Assembly: GCA_050250375.1 (NCBI GenBank) | Contig: JBFWOS010000001.1 | Span: 958,361-1,022,360, forward strand | Reading direction: 5' to 3' | Source of the DNA: Candidatus Omnitrophota bacterium | Lineage (GTDB): Bacteria > Omnitrophota > Gorgyraeia > Zapsychrales > Zapsychraceae | Length of the DNA stretch: 64,000 nt | Part shown: positions 37,624-47,414 of the stretch, one piece after another | Layout of the letters: each line of letters starts with the position of its first letter | Position numbering within the stretch: the first letter of the stretch is position 1 | Made by a program: the position numbers and the translations under genes | Notes under the pieces: model-generated | Told to the model about the DNA's origin: nothing | Seen by the model: the letters and a program-made list of their open reading frames with translations, nothing else | Databases searched by the model: none

Positions 37624-39825
37624 CTAAAGATTTTCCTGCAACCTTTCAAATTCATATGGAATTAGTCTCGCTTTTTCCGCTAATTTTTCTTTTTTAATTG
37701 CACTTATCACATCGTCTTCTCGTACTTCTGTTGAAAGGTAGCCTGAAAGTTTATCAATAGCGGACTTTGGTACACCATACTCAACCAATATCGCCAAATT
37801 TTGTCTTACAAAATCATTTTCCAATTGTGATGCATAATATGAATAGTTACCAGGGTTCAGACCATTTTTATTACACACATACTTTTGAAGCTCATGTACA
37901 ACATTCAACCATTTTGGAACCTTATAATGAAACCAGTGTCTTAAAATTTGGAAGGAATCCATCACCGCTTCATCATAAATTTCCTGGGGTTTCTTCTCGG
38001 AGTTCTTACTCAACTTGAGATTATATAAATAAGTGTTTTCCACCAACTGAGAAATATTTTGAAACATTGCGTAGTCAAAAGTAACTTTTATTAATTTGGA
38101 TAATGTCATAGGTCTTGTAGTCTCACCTCTTTTTAGAAAATTCTCCCATGCAAGGGTTAACACATAGGTAAGTTGATAATAGTTAGGAAAACCTGACCAT
38201 GAAATTAGATCGTATGAAGTATTAATATCTTTCTTCAAAATCTCAAGAGTTTTACGCTGTCCACTTACAAGAAGACCGTTTTCCCGAATAATTGCCCGTT
38301 CTTCATCAGGGATTTGTAACAATTCGCTGTATTGAGTGCTCTCCTTGTCTCTAACATCCTTTTCCTCGAGATGTATCAGCACCTCATCGTTGATTGGATT
38401 TTGCTCAAAAAATGGAATGTCGATAATAACATCGTTTCTCTCTGGTGGTTGATTGAAGTTGAATATCCTACCAACGTAATGAATCATTAACCTGCCTGAT
38501 CTTCCTTTGATGTTACTATAATCAAAGAAGTCTATTTCGTTAAATCCCTTTTTTGAATCGAAATATACGATGTTTTTTGCACTTGTATTCACTCCTTCAA
38601 TAATAGTTGATGTACAAAACAAATACTTTAGATCTCCCCGATTAAAGTAACTTATAATCGAAGAGGTGATGTGCTTTTGCAAAGCGCCGTCGTGAATCCC
38701 TATCCTATAATCTAAGCAATCCAAAAAACTCCAGTGTCTGCTGACGTTTTCTAGAATCCACTCATAAATGGTCAAATTTCTTCTTTTTACTGGTACACCC
38801 TTATCTTTCAAATATTTCACAAATTTGTAAGAAATCTCGCGAACTCTCTTCGGAGAGGAACAGTAGATAATCGTTTGTTCCTCCTCTAACTCAAGCAACA
38901 AATCAAACAGCACAGTTTCCTTAAATTCTTTGAAGTTTTTTGACTTTGAAAATTCTGTCTCGTGCTTCTGATACACATTTATCGAATGTATGTCCACGAG
39001 TGAATAATCAGTCTTATAAAATTCAGCATTATACTTTTCTGCAAATCCTGCAGAGATACCATCAATATTTGGCCCTAATAGGTAGAATTTGCTTTTGAAT
39101 TTATTGATTAGCCGATTGAAAGCATTGTTGAGCGTGTCGCATCGTTCGTCGTCTCTTTTTGCGCTGAGCTTGTAAAATTCATCAATAATAAAAAAATCAA
39201 TATTAAAAAAATTTGTATATTCCATTACTCTTTCTGCGGTCAGAAGAAACAGATTACCCTTATCAACCGCAGGCGTCTGAGAAGTACGAATAATGATCTT
39301 AAAGTTATCACTATATTTTTTAAGCTTTTTACGAGTCTCATCAAGCAGTGCAAGCGTAGGCTGTATAATAACAATGTTTCGATACTTCTTTGACGCAACA
39401 ATTTCTTCAATAAGTATACTTTTTCCAAAACTAGTTGGTGCACTTACTATGAGATTCTTATCTGACTTTAAAATGTCATTTATGTGCTTCTGTTCATCAT
39501 GGAAATACTTTCCCTTGAGATAGTCAGAACTATGAAACTCCTTTCGTAGCTTTCCCGCAGCGCTTTGCAATTGCATGCGTTCTTTCTCTTTTTCTAAATA
39601 AGGGTAAAAACCTGCTGATTCAATGAGGTCTATCCAAGGTTTTTGACTGGCCGCGTCCAATTTATGCCAATTATCCAAGAGGTTAATGATAATCTGTCTT
39701 CCTTTCTGTGAGTGTGTCTGATTTCTCAATAACCTTGAGCATTTCTGAACATACCTAAAACTATCATAAGGGGATATCTGTTCGTTTCCTACTATCTCAC
39801 TGATTATTTCATCGATTTCATCCAT
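37624..39825 (-). CDS. SF2 DExx-box helicase, candidate Hachiman HamB
   Basis: Walker A SAPTSFGKS and motif II FFIIDEFYKL. 733 aa. Sits immediately downstream of, and 1 nt from, a DUF1837-like gene. Confidence 0.55.
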   Translation of the reverse strand: MDEIDEIISEIVGNEQISPYDSFRYVQKCSRLLRNQTHSQKGRQIIINLLDNWHKLDAASQKPWIDLIESAGFYPYLEKEKERMQLQSAAGKLRKEFHSSDYLKGKYFHDEQKHINDILKSDKNLIVSAPTSFGKSILIEEIVASKKYRNIVIIQPTLALLDETRKKLKKYSDNFKIIIRTSQTPAVDKGNLFLLTAERVMEYTNFFNIDFFIIDEFYKLSAKRDDERCDTLNNAFNRLINKFKSKFYLLGPNIDGISAGFAEKYNAEFYKTDYSLVDIHSINVYQKHETEFSKSKNFKEFKETVLFDLLLELEEEQTIIYCSSPKRVREISYKFVKYLKDKGVPVKRRNLTIYEWILENVSRHWSFLDCLDYRIGIHDGALQKHITSSIISYFNRGDLKYLFCTSTIIEGVNTSAKNIVYFDSKKGFNEIDFFDYSNIKGRSGRLMIHYVGRIFNFNQPPERNDVIIDIPFFEQNPINDEVLIHLEEKDVRDKESTQYSELLQIPDEERAIIRENGLLVSGQRKTLEILKKDINTSYDLISWSGFPNYYQLTYVLTLAWENFLKRGETTRPMTLSKLIKVTFDYAMFQNISQLVENTYLYNLKLSKNSEKKPQEIYDEAVMDSFQILRHWFHYKVPKWLNVVHELQKYVCNKNGLNPGNYSYYASQLENDFVRQNLAILVEYGVPKSAIDKLSGYLSTEVREDDVISAIKKEKLAEKARLIPYEFERLQENL

Positions 39826-39826
39826 C

Positions 39827-40765
39827 TTAAATTTTTTGTATATAACTCAATTTTTCGTGTAATTTCTTCAACAAAACGTTCTTATTCGGCACAGGGAATA
39901 AGAGCAGTATAATTCGCAAATCCGTCTTTATCGGACTACTTCTGTGGTCATCAAAATACTTCTTTAAAGCACGCATTTCATTTTCATATTCGCATACAAA
40001 TTCAGCCGTCTTTTCAGAATTATGCTTGTTAAACACTTCGCTAGTATATGTGCACAACAAGGGGATAGTCACAGATTCAAGAATATTCTCTAAGGTATTG
40101 TCCACATCAATCAGATCAAACCACCTGTCTTTGTCTGGAATCACACTCGAATCAGCATAAAAATTACGTTTCTTGGAGATAAGCGCAAATTCTCTAAGCA
40201 AATAATCCCTCTCAAAGTGTTTCATTATATCCTGTGTAAGCTCCTTGACTCCACTGCTACCACTTGCGTGCAATTTTGACTCGCCAAGCCATAAAGATTT
40301 ACTTGGTGCGTGAATATGCACAGCATCAAAACCATGAACAGTGATTCCATCGGCATCTTTGAAAAAAACTTTTGATAACAGACAAATGGTATTGTGGAAA
40401 TCTCTAAGAAGAAGATGCAGAATCAATTCACCAAACTCTCCCCGCCGGCCATATTTTTTTTCAAAGAAATCATCCTCATCTCGATACTTCTTATGTTCAT
40501 GATTAGTAGAATCGTACGGATCAATTTTGTATATCGCCTTAGCTGCTTCCTTTAACTTTTCTCTATTGTATGTATTGGTTAAAATGCCGTCATGATAACC
40601 AAAAGCAAAATCAACTAAAGCATTCAGAAGCTTACCAATCAGCGGGTCCCATCTATACTCTCCAAGATCGAATCCCACAAAATAAGTTTTCAAGTCTGCC
40701 TCGGAGATGTGCTGAGTAATAACTGTTTCTGATCCGAATGGGGTCTTTATTTCTGATTTTGGCAT
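39827..40765 (-). CDS. candidate Hachiman HamA (DUF1837-like, PD-(D/E)xK)
   Basis: 312 aa. Putative nuclease motif GFDAVHIH...GESKLH (D...ExK). Upstream and adjacent to the helicase in the Hachiman gene order. Confidence 0.4.
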   Translation of the reverse strand: MPKSEIKTPFGSETVITQHISEADLKTYFVGFDLGEYRWDPLIGKLLNALVDFAFGYHDGILTNTYNREKLKEAAKAIYKIDPYDSTNHEHKKYRDEDDFFEKKYGRRGEFGELILHLLLRDFHNTICLLSKVFFKDADGITVHGFDAVHIHAPSKSLWLGESKLHASGSSGVKELTQDIMKHFERDYLLREFALISKKRNFYADSSVIPDKDRWFDLIDVDNTLENILESVTIPLLCTYTSEVFNKHNSEKTAEFVCEYENEMRALKKYFDDHRSSPIKTDLRIILLLFPVPNKNVLLKKLHEKLSYIQKI

Positions 40766-40880
40766 TTCAGTATACTTCGTTCCAATTTTAGAAAACTTTA
40801 TAAATCAACAGAAAAATACCGGGCCAACTCTGTATAACTGCATATGGTTTGTCACTTGCCGTACTGCGAAAACCTGATCC

Positions 40881-41621
40881 TTACGATTTTCTTATAAGAT
40901 TAGCTACAATTTCCTTTTTAACTTCTCCAAAACGCCCTTTACTTGTTTGTTCACAAGCTGCTCCTCTAATACAAATTACATCCACTCCTGTTCTCCAAAG
41001 GTCGGGTAATTCCTCTTTAGCTATTGACCCAGCAATCCAAGCTTCTTTCTTTATTTCATGACAAGAAGAAACAAAAGCAGCCACTTGTTTGAGATTCCAA
41101 TAATCTAATAATCCTTTTCCAAGTAATTTATTAAATGTATCAATTAAGAGACCGTCTGCTTGAATTTTCTTTATCAATTTCGGACCCTCTTTAAGTGGAT
41201 TAAAGAATCTTTGCATGTCAGGATCAACAAATACAGCAGGAATGACTTTTTTATGTGGATACAGCATCTTTACACTACGAACAAGAGAGTCACCAAGATA
41301 AGCTGCCGCTTCAAATGGAAGCTCGGCTAAGCCACACTTAATAATATCTGCTCCTGCCGTTGCGACCCCAAGTGCAGCCTGACACGAAGAAGCACGGACG
41401 TGTTGAACTTCACCGATATTTGTTGAAACAATGGCCCTCTTGAATCCAGCTTTATCTAATTGATTTCGTACAGCAAGAATATTTAACGGATATGGCGTTC
41501 CAAGAGCAGAAGCAGGGTATTCAACATCAGCTATATGCGCTCCACCCCTGACAGCCTCCAAGGCTTCTTTTGGTCCACGTACGCTAATGAGCAATTTTTG
41601 TTTTATAAAGGCTTTGCGCAT
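40881..41621 (-). CDS. MfnB-family protein ((5-formylfuran-3-yl)methyl phosphate synthase-like, DUF556 TIM barrel)
   Basis: Aligns along its full length to archaeal MfnB: LLISVRGPKEALEAVRGGAHIADVEYP, IIKCGL, GLLIDTFNK...AWIAGSIAKEELPDLWRTGVDVICIRGAACE. Confidence 0.6.
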   Translation of the reverse strand: MRKAFIKQKLLISVRGPKEALEAVRGGAHIADVEYPASALGTPYPLNILAVRNQLDKAGFKRAIVSTNIGEVQHVRASSCQAALGVATAGADIIKCGLAELPFEAAAYLGDSLVRSVKMLYPHKKVIPAVFVDPDMQRFFNPLKEGPKLIKKIQADGLLIDTFNKLLGKGLLDYWNLKQVAAFVSSCHEIKKEAWIAGSIAKEELPDLWRTGVDVICIRGAACEQTSKGRFGEVKKEIVANLIRKS

Positions 41622-42091
41622 ACTCTCTCCCTCAAATAAAAATACTGTTTTACTTCAGGCATGAACCCTGCCACATGTCTTGCGATTTGTTCTTTCCACT
41701 CAGAACTTTTTCCATTGTATGTACGTATTCTTAATCCAGATCCAGTCACCATTTCAGAAAGTTTAAATCTTGATTTAGTGTTATACAGAGCGAGAATTGG
41801 CTTTCCCTTCATAATCGCATAAGTTAACTCTTGCCCCACACCCCAAGAGACAACTGAAATTTCTGCAACAAGGAAATCGGCTTTATCAACTTCAGCTAAA
41901 TCTCGCATATATATTTCATTCGCTTTTATCAATGAATCTTCCTTTATAGGATGAAAAATGTTAACTTTATGGTTCTTTTTTAAACACTTTTCAATGTGTT
42001 CATAAAATTTGAGATATTCATCTACTTCTTCTTGATCAAATTGTCTTAATAAAGTTATAGCTTGAGATAAATAACAATTTAATTTCTTCAT
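41603..42091 (-). CDS. nucleoside 2-deoxyribosyltransferase-like (NDT/SLOG fold) protein
   Basis: IFHPIKED...DLAEVDKADFLVAEISVVSWGVGQELTYAIMKGKPILAL resembles PF05014-type proteins. Overlaps the downstream MfnB-like gene by 19 nt. Confidence 0.45.
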   Translation of the reverse strand: MKKLNCYLSQAITLLRQFDQEEVDEYLKFYEHIEKCLKKNHKVNIFHPIKEDSLIKANEIYMRDLAEVDKADFLVAEISVVSWGVGQELTYAIMKGKPILALYNTKSRFKLSEMVTGSGLRIRTYNGKSSEWKEQIARHVAGFMPEVKQYFYLRERVCAKPL

Positions 42092-42103
42092 AAACTTGTC
42101 CTT

Positions 42104-43468
42104 TTAAATGAGTTCTTTAAATTTCTTTTCCAATAAATCATCCACTTGTCCATTGTCGTTAGTGATTTTCGCGTTTAAAATCTTTTCTATATCAGCATCT
42201 GTAAGCACAATAACAAATTTACTGTCTTTTGCTAAAACTAGCTGTCTTTGTTTAACCTTCTGCACATCCACAATTGATCTACAGACGATTATGCCAAATT
42301 GTCCTCTCCTATTATTAAGCCTATTATGTATTTGTGAAAATTCTTCGTTTGCAATATCTTTGTTATAATTCTTACATTCAATGAAAATATTCGGACAAAC
42401 AATCTTATAACCCTCATCTAACTGTTTAAAAAATCCATTTTTTCTGTAATTCTTGAAAGTTATGTCAACACGTTGTATTTTTTCATCCCAACAATCTTCT
42501 TTCTCAGGACTGCTAAGAGTTTCATAAAAAACATCCTTTAGAATGGTAAATATTAAATTATGATACCGAGAGGCTTGTTTTTTAGCTTTTCCAGGCAAAA
42601 TATTTTTTAATTCTTTTAAATACTGATTCGTAATATCGATAGGCTTAGGTTTGGTAGTTCTTGTTGGAACTTTTGTTTCATATTCTTCTCTTGTTGCAGA
42701 TTTTCTCGTTATTTTTTGTAATACTTCTTTATGTTTTAATTGCTTATGTATATCTAAACTGTTCTCAACAAGTATTGGGCCAGACGGCCTAAACACATAC
42801 GCCTGGTTATTTCCTGACTTTGAAAATTTAAATGTATTGTCAAACGTAAATCCATATGCATTTAACATATCATGGATATCTTTCCTCGAGAAATCTCTAT
42901 AAAACATTTTATAATTTCTGCCTTTCCCCGTCGCAATCCCATCAGACACTCTTACTGAATTTCTATCGCTAGAATAAGCTCCGTGTTGTGTATACCAAAG
43001 CAGTCTCCCATCATCTTTAATTTTTTCTCTAAATATTTTTAAAACTGCATGCCTTTCTACAGGAACAGGCATAATATTTAATACATTAATACAAAGTATA
43101 ACGTCAAATTCTTTCTGTGCTGTTATAAAATCTTTAGGGAAGATAAGCGATTTGAAATTTCCAAATTTATTTGCTTTTTCTAAATATTCGGCAGCTTGAG
43201 TTGATCTTTTAAATAAATCTTCATAATCACAGGCATAAACTGTGTACCCATCTTTTAGTAAATGTAATGTGTTTCTCAATTTAGCCGCACCAAAATCTAA
43301 TATCGTTGTATTTTTAGAATTAAGGCCGGCTAAAAGTGAGCCAAAGGCATACTCTAATTGCCTCCCCGGTTCGCTAAAATTAGGAGCTGAGCCAGTAACA
43401 TCAATAAGAATAGGTATACTCTGACCTTTTTCAATAGCATTAAACTTATATATTGGTGTTTCCCACAT
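42104..43468 (-). CDS. class I SAM-dependent methyltransferase fused to a C-terminal PD-(D/E)xK-like domain
   Basis: Motif I ILDFGAAKLRNT. Acidic residue at the end of beta2 (VYACDY). Motif IV-like DVILCINVLN. C-terminal RVDITF...IFIECKNY gives a D...ExK pattern. Confidence 0.45.
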   Translation of the reverse strand: MWETPIYKFNAIEKGQSIPILIDVTGSAPNFSEPGRQLEYAFGSLLAGLNSKNTTILDFGAAKLRNTLHLLKDGYTVYACDYEDLFKRSTQAAEYLEKANKFGNFKSLIFPKDFITAQKEFDVILCINVLNIMPVPVERHAVLKIFREKIKDDGRLLWYTQHGAYSSDRNSVRVSDGIATGKGRNYKMFYRDFSRKDIHDMLNAYGFTFDNTFKFSKSGNNQAYVFRPSGPILVENSLDIHKQLKHKEVLQKITRKSATREEYETKVPTRTTKPKPIDITNQYLKELKNILPGKAKKQASRYHNLIFTILKDVFYETLSSPEKEDCWDEKIQRVDITFKNYRKNGFFKQLDEGYKIVCPNIFIECKNYNKDIANEEFSQIHNRLNNRRGQFGIIVCRSIVDVQKVKQRQLVLAKDSKFVIVLTDADIEKILNAKITNDNGQVDDLLEKKFKELI

Positions 43469-43551
43469 TTTATCTGCCTTTCTTAGACATTCTTACACCA
43501 AATTCCTAAATGAAAGAATCTGCGTTACGTTCTTTTACATACCAAGAACTA

Positions 43552-45201
43552 CTAACTTAGTACGTTCTTCCTCACTTTTTTAGATTTCTTTTCTTTAAGC
43601 TTAACGACTCTATCTATATCGATTTTTTGTAAATAAACTTTAAATCTATACAAACTAAGACGTAGATATATATTTTTCAATGAAACTTTACTAAAGAATG
43701 GAATTTTCAGCTTGTCGGGAACACTACTAATAATTCCATAAATAATTTTATATTCTTCCGCATTTATCTGTTTATTAGAATCTTTAATTTGGAACTTCCT
43801 CGGAAGTCGTTTATTCATTTCTAAACGATACGCTGGATCCGCCAAGAATAATTCGGCTGAAACAATGCCCTGATTAAAGAGATGACTCAAAATATTAGAA
43901 CCCCCATAATGTTTAATATGAATAAAATCTTTTTTACTTGAATATAAATCGCATATCTCAACAGGGGAACTGTATAAATAGACATTTTTTTTATCCAATA
44001 GTGCGTATCCGGATTTCTCTGCAGCATATTCATTATAGTGGTCCTCTACCACCGGCTCTTCTGGCTCTTCAAATCTTACAGGACACCCTGGTAATTTAAT
44101 AGGACTCTTAGCTCTTAATAACTTTTCATATGTTTTTTCAATTTGAGCTGAAAAACTTTTATCGATTTTGTACCATTTCCCATTCGTTAAAGTGTAAACA
44201 CTATTTTTCTCAGATATTTCTGCATATAAACAGTTATAAATTTTCCATAACCTTGTTGGTGAGTTTTCAAAATAACAATATATATGCAGTTTTCTAAGTA
44301 ATTCGATGGTAAATGTTCCCTCGTGTTTTTCATATTCCTTAACGAAATCGGTTAAAGATAAATCTCTATACTCTCCTCCCATTTGACTCGTTTTGTATTT
44401 AAAATAATCAAAATCTGTCCAATCAATAATTTCAGGCACAGCTATCCATAATTTATCAAAATTCTTATCATTAATTTTCCGAACCAAACTGTTATTGAAT
44501 CGCTCAATATCTGTAGGGTTTCGGACCTCTTCAATTTGGTCGATCCAAGAAAAATATTTTTTATAGGATCTCGAATTACTATATTCCAAACACCTCAATA
44601 AAAACTTTTTAATATTTACAAATGTGACGGGTACAGAAACATGTAAAGAATCTCTACCAGAAATTGTTTTGCCAAGAAATAAATCATTCGAAAGACCCGT
44701 GACGGCTTGAATTAAATCTTGTTCAATATTTATACCAAACTCTGATGTTGTTGCACTTTTCCCCACTTGCTCCTTTGATTGTTTTACCAAACCACCAAAA
44801 TTAATCTTATCAATGCTTCTAATATTCTCTTGATCTACAGCATTTAGAACAACCTTCAATCCGAAACGTTCTTCATACACTCCTTTTTGCAAAAGATGAA
44901 AACCCGTTCCAAATGTTAGCGCAAAATAACGCAATGATGTTTTTCTTAACTTGACTGGAACAATTAGCGCAGCACAAGATGAGGACGAAAAAATTTTCGT
45001 TTGATCTGTTATGGAATCACCAAAAAATTTTTCTATCCAGCTTGGTCGTCTCGATGCCGATGGTTTAATGTAAAATATGGAATCACTGATATTTTTCTTA
45101 ATGAGACCTGAGTCATTATCAATGATTTCATCTAAAAAAATATTATCTTTAATAAGATATATCGATAATTTATTTTTCTTTTCTCTTGGTATCTTTTTCA
45201 T
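43552..45201 (-). CDS. hypothetical 549-aa protein, first gene of the four-gene cassette
   Basis: No confident family. Lys-rich C-terminal tail. Low-GC codon usage matches the 37.6-45.2 kb block. Confidence 0.45.
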   Translation of the reverse strand: MKKIPREKKNKLSIYLIKDNIFLDEIIDNDSGLIKKNISDSIFYIKPSASRRPSWIEKFFGDSITDQTKIFSSSSCAALIVPVKLRKTSLRYFALTFGTGFHLLQKGVYEERFGLKVVLNAVDQENIRSIDKINFGGLVKQSKEQVGKSATTSEFGINIEQDLIQAVTGLSNDLFLGKTISGRDSLHVSVPVTFVNIKKFLLRCLEYSNSRSYKKYFSWIDQIEEVRNPTDIERFNNSLVRKINDKNFDKLWIAVPEIIDWTDFDYFKYKTSQMGGEYRDLSLTDFVKEYEKHEGTFTIELLRKLHIYCYFENSPTRLWKIYNCLYAEISEKNSVYTLTNGKWYKIDKSFSAQIEKTYEKLLRAKSPIKLPGCPVRFEEPEEPVVEDHYNEYAAEKSGYALLDKKNVYLYSSPVEICDLYSSKKDFIHIKHYGGSNILSHLFNQGIVSAELFLADPAYRLEMNKRLPRKFQIKDSNKQINAEEYKIIYGIISSVPDKLKIPFFSKVSLKNIYLRLSLYRFKVYLQKIDIDRVVKLKEKKSKKVRKNVLS

Positions 45202-45324
45202 ATGAAATTTTTATAAGATTTTAAAATTACTAGGGCGCATAGTTAATTTCTCCGTCATTACATCCTCCTCCGCCTTTTTCTAACAACAAATTATGCAAAT
45301 ATAAAAGTTACCAGAAACCAGTAA

Positions 45325-46416
45325 TCAAACCCTTTCAGCATAACCTTTTTCTAAAAGCAAATTATTCAAATAAACATCCGTCCCCGCATCCGGACTTTCC
45401 CCCTGCGGGATGAAGATGTCCGCGAGGTAGCGGTCGTATTTGTCGGACTTGTTGGTGCGGATGATGACGCGGTCGGCTTCTTTGATCAGAGACTGCACGA
45501 AGGTCTTGGCGGCCGCGCCTTCTTTGGTGTCCATTTCCGGGCAGTCGATCCCGCGCAGGCGCAGGGTCTGCCGGGTCCACATGTTAAAACCCTGGTCCAC
45601 GCGCACTTTGAGCGTGTCGCCGTCGATGACCCGTTCCACGTACGCCTGATAGGTAAAGAGGTCTTTGGGCGTTCGGGCCCCTGTGTAAAATTTATAATCG
45701 CCATCGGCGCCGCGCGACTCGATGATCTGCCCCCCGCTAAATTTAGAAAGCAGTTTGTCCTCCACTTTATGGAAATTGCTGAAACCCACATCGATCATCA
45801 GTTCAGGTTCGGCAGCGGAGGCCACCGCCGGGCGTTTGGTGATCTGATAAGTGTACAGGGTTCCGCGGGCCGGGATGAGAGGCGTTTGTACAGGCGGCAA
45901 TTCCTTTTTAACGTCCACCTTCTGCGGTTTGTCTTTACCCGCCCTGATCTGCGACAAAAGCTCATCCGTCGACCATTGATGCCGGGCCGCGCGTTCTTCC
46001 AACCGGCCGCGCTCATCGGGATCAGAGACAGCCATCAGTTCACGGTAATGGGTCCAGGTGAATTGCGACCGCGCGGTCGCAATTGGCGCGCGGCTGTAAG
46101 TCCTGGAAAATTGGACGCAGCGTTCCAGCAGACGGGAATTAAGCCCCAAATCATCGGCCAGCCGTTTGATCACCTGCGCCCCGTAATCGGCGCGGCTTTT
46201 ACTCTGTTTAATATGTGTCTGGATAATATTCCCGGTTTCCCAATACGTGCGCACGCGTTCGGCCTCGATGCGGGCCTGGCCTTCCAGGAGAGTCTTCTTC
46301 ACCTGTTTGAGGAGCGGCTGATAAACAGACGCCGGGATGGTGATCGTTTTGGGCGGTTTGCTTGTCATGAGCGTATCATCGCTGTCGGTTTCATGATTTA
46401 TCTGGATTATAAGCAT
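45325..46416 (-). CDS. YhcG-N (DUF1016 N-terminal) domain fused to a staphylococcal-nuclease (SNase)-like domain
   Basis: N-terminal RVRTYWETGNIIQTHIKQSKSRADYGAQVIKRLADDL and FSRTY..FTWTHYRELM are YhcG-N-like. C-terminal VIDGDTLKVRV...LRLRGIDCPE...YDRYLADIF is an SNase signature. Likely starts at the internal MTSKPP Met (around 46368). Confidence 0.5.
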   Translation of the reverse strand: MLIIQINHETDSDDTLMTSKPPKTITIPASVYQPLLKQVKKTLLEGQARIEAERVRTYWETGNIIQTHIKQSKSRADYGAQVIKRLADDLGLNSRLLERCVQFSRTYSRAPIATARSQFTWTHYRELMAVSDPDERGRLEERAARHQWSTDELLSQIRAGKDKPQKVDVKKELPPVQTPLIPARGTLYTYQITKRPAVASAAEPELMIDVGFSNFHKVEDKLLSKFSGGQIIESRGADGDYKFYTGARTPKDLFTYQAYVERVIDGDTLKVRVDQGFNMWTRQTLRLRGIDCPEMDTKEGAAAKTFVQSLIKEADRVIIRTNKSDKYDRYLADIFIPQGESPDAGTDVYLNNLLLEKGYAERV

Positions 46417-46492
46417 ACAGCGGTTATCTGTCTATTTTTATATTTAATAGCCCTCTTAACTCATATACCTATCTACCCATTTACTTAAACTT

Positions 46493-47347
46493 TCAGATAC
46501 TATCCAGGTAATCCTTGAAATTTTGAACGCCTGTTTCAGCGATAAGGCATTTTCGAATTGCTTTGATGTATCGCACGATACTGTGATCCTGAATAGCGTC
46601 TGGATATTGTCCGGATAATTCATCATACCGATCAAGAGCTCGCACAGATGCGCTTTCACTCTGATTTAACCAGCGGTCCCACCAGCTGGCCCCACGATGA
46701 AGCGTCCCCTTATGATCAATAAGATATGTCCGCCCAAAATGATCGTACCCGGACAATCTTGGCGGGACACGCGTCACAATATCCTCATCATTCACCAGAC
46801 GAAATAAACGATAACCGAATAAGTCAGCACAATGATCGGCAAAAACATCATCGCCTACCCGCGGCTGGCCAAACGTGTAAACTCCGTTAATATCTATATT
46901 TTGCTGATTGATCCGACTGGCGGTTAAGGCTGCTAACGCCCCACCCAGACTGTGCCCGGTTATCCAAAGCGTACGTCCGGACACTACAGCCGACAGAAGA
47001 TTCGCTTCAATATCCCCCCACAAATTATCCAACGCTGATGTAAACCCTCTGTGTGTGCGCCCAATAACAGCGTCCACTAACCGAACGGCCGCGTCCGTCA
47101 ACCAATCCTGAGTAGATTCAGTCCCGCGAAAAGCCAGCACAACCGTCGTATCATTGATGACGAAATATGCTTGTGTGTCATCCGGGCCTTCCAGCCACTT
47201 TACTTCGGAAAATCCCCATTCTTCCTGAGTGACAGATCTAACCTCTTCAAAAGTTTTATAGGCCAATTCCGCTGCTTTTGCCAAGGCCAATGCATTACCC
47301 AAATTAAATCTGGTTGTCCCGTTATTCAGTACAAATTTCTCATCCAT
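46493..47347 (-). CDS. class 3 lipase-family alpha/beta hydrolase
   Basis: Nucleophile elbow ITGHSLGGALAAL; Lipase_3-like layout. Confidence 0.7.
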   Translation of the reverse strand: MDEKFVLNNGTTRFNLGNALALAKAAELAYKTFEEVRSVTQEEWGFSEVKWLEGPDDTQAYFVINDTTVVLAFRGTESTQDWLTDAAVRLVDAVIGRTHRGFTSALDNLWGDIEANLLSAVVSGRTLWITGHSLGGALAALTASRINQQNIDINGVYTFGQPRVGDDVFADHCADLFGYRLFRLVNDEDIVTRVPPRLSGYDHFGRTYLIDHKGTLHRGASWWDRWLNQSESASVRALDRYDELSGQYPDAIQDHSIVRYIKAIRKCLIAETGVQNFKDYLDSI

Positions 47348-47414
47348 TGTTAATTGATTTCCATAATTATGATCACACGTTCAGTTTTGATTTTCCAAAA
47401 TATTTCTCTACGGG

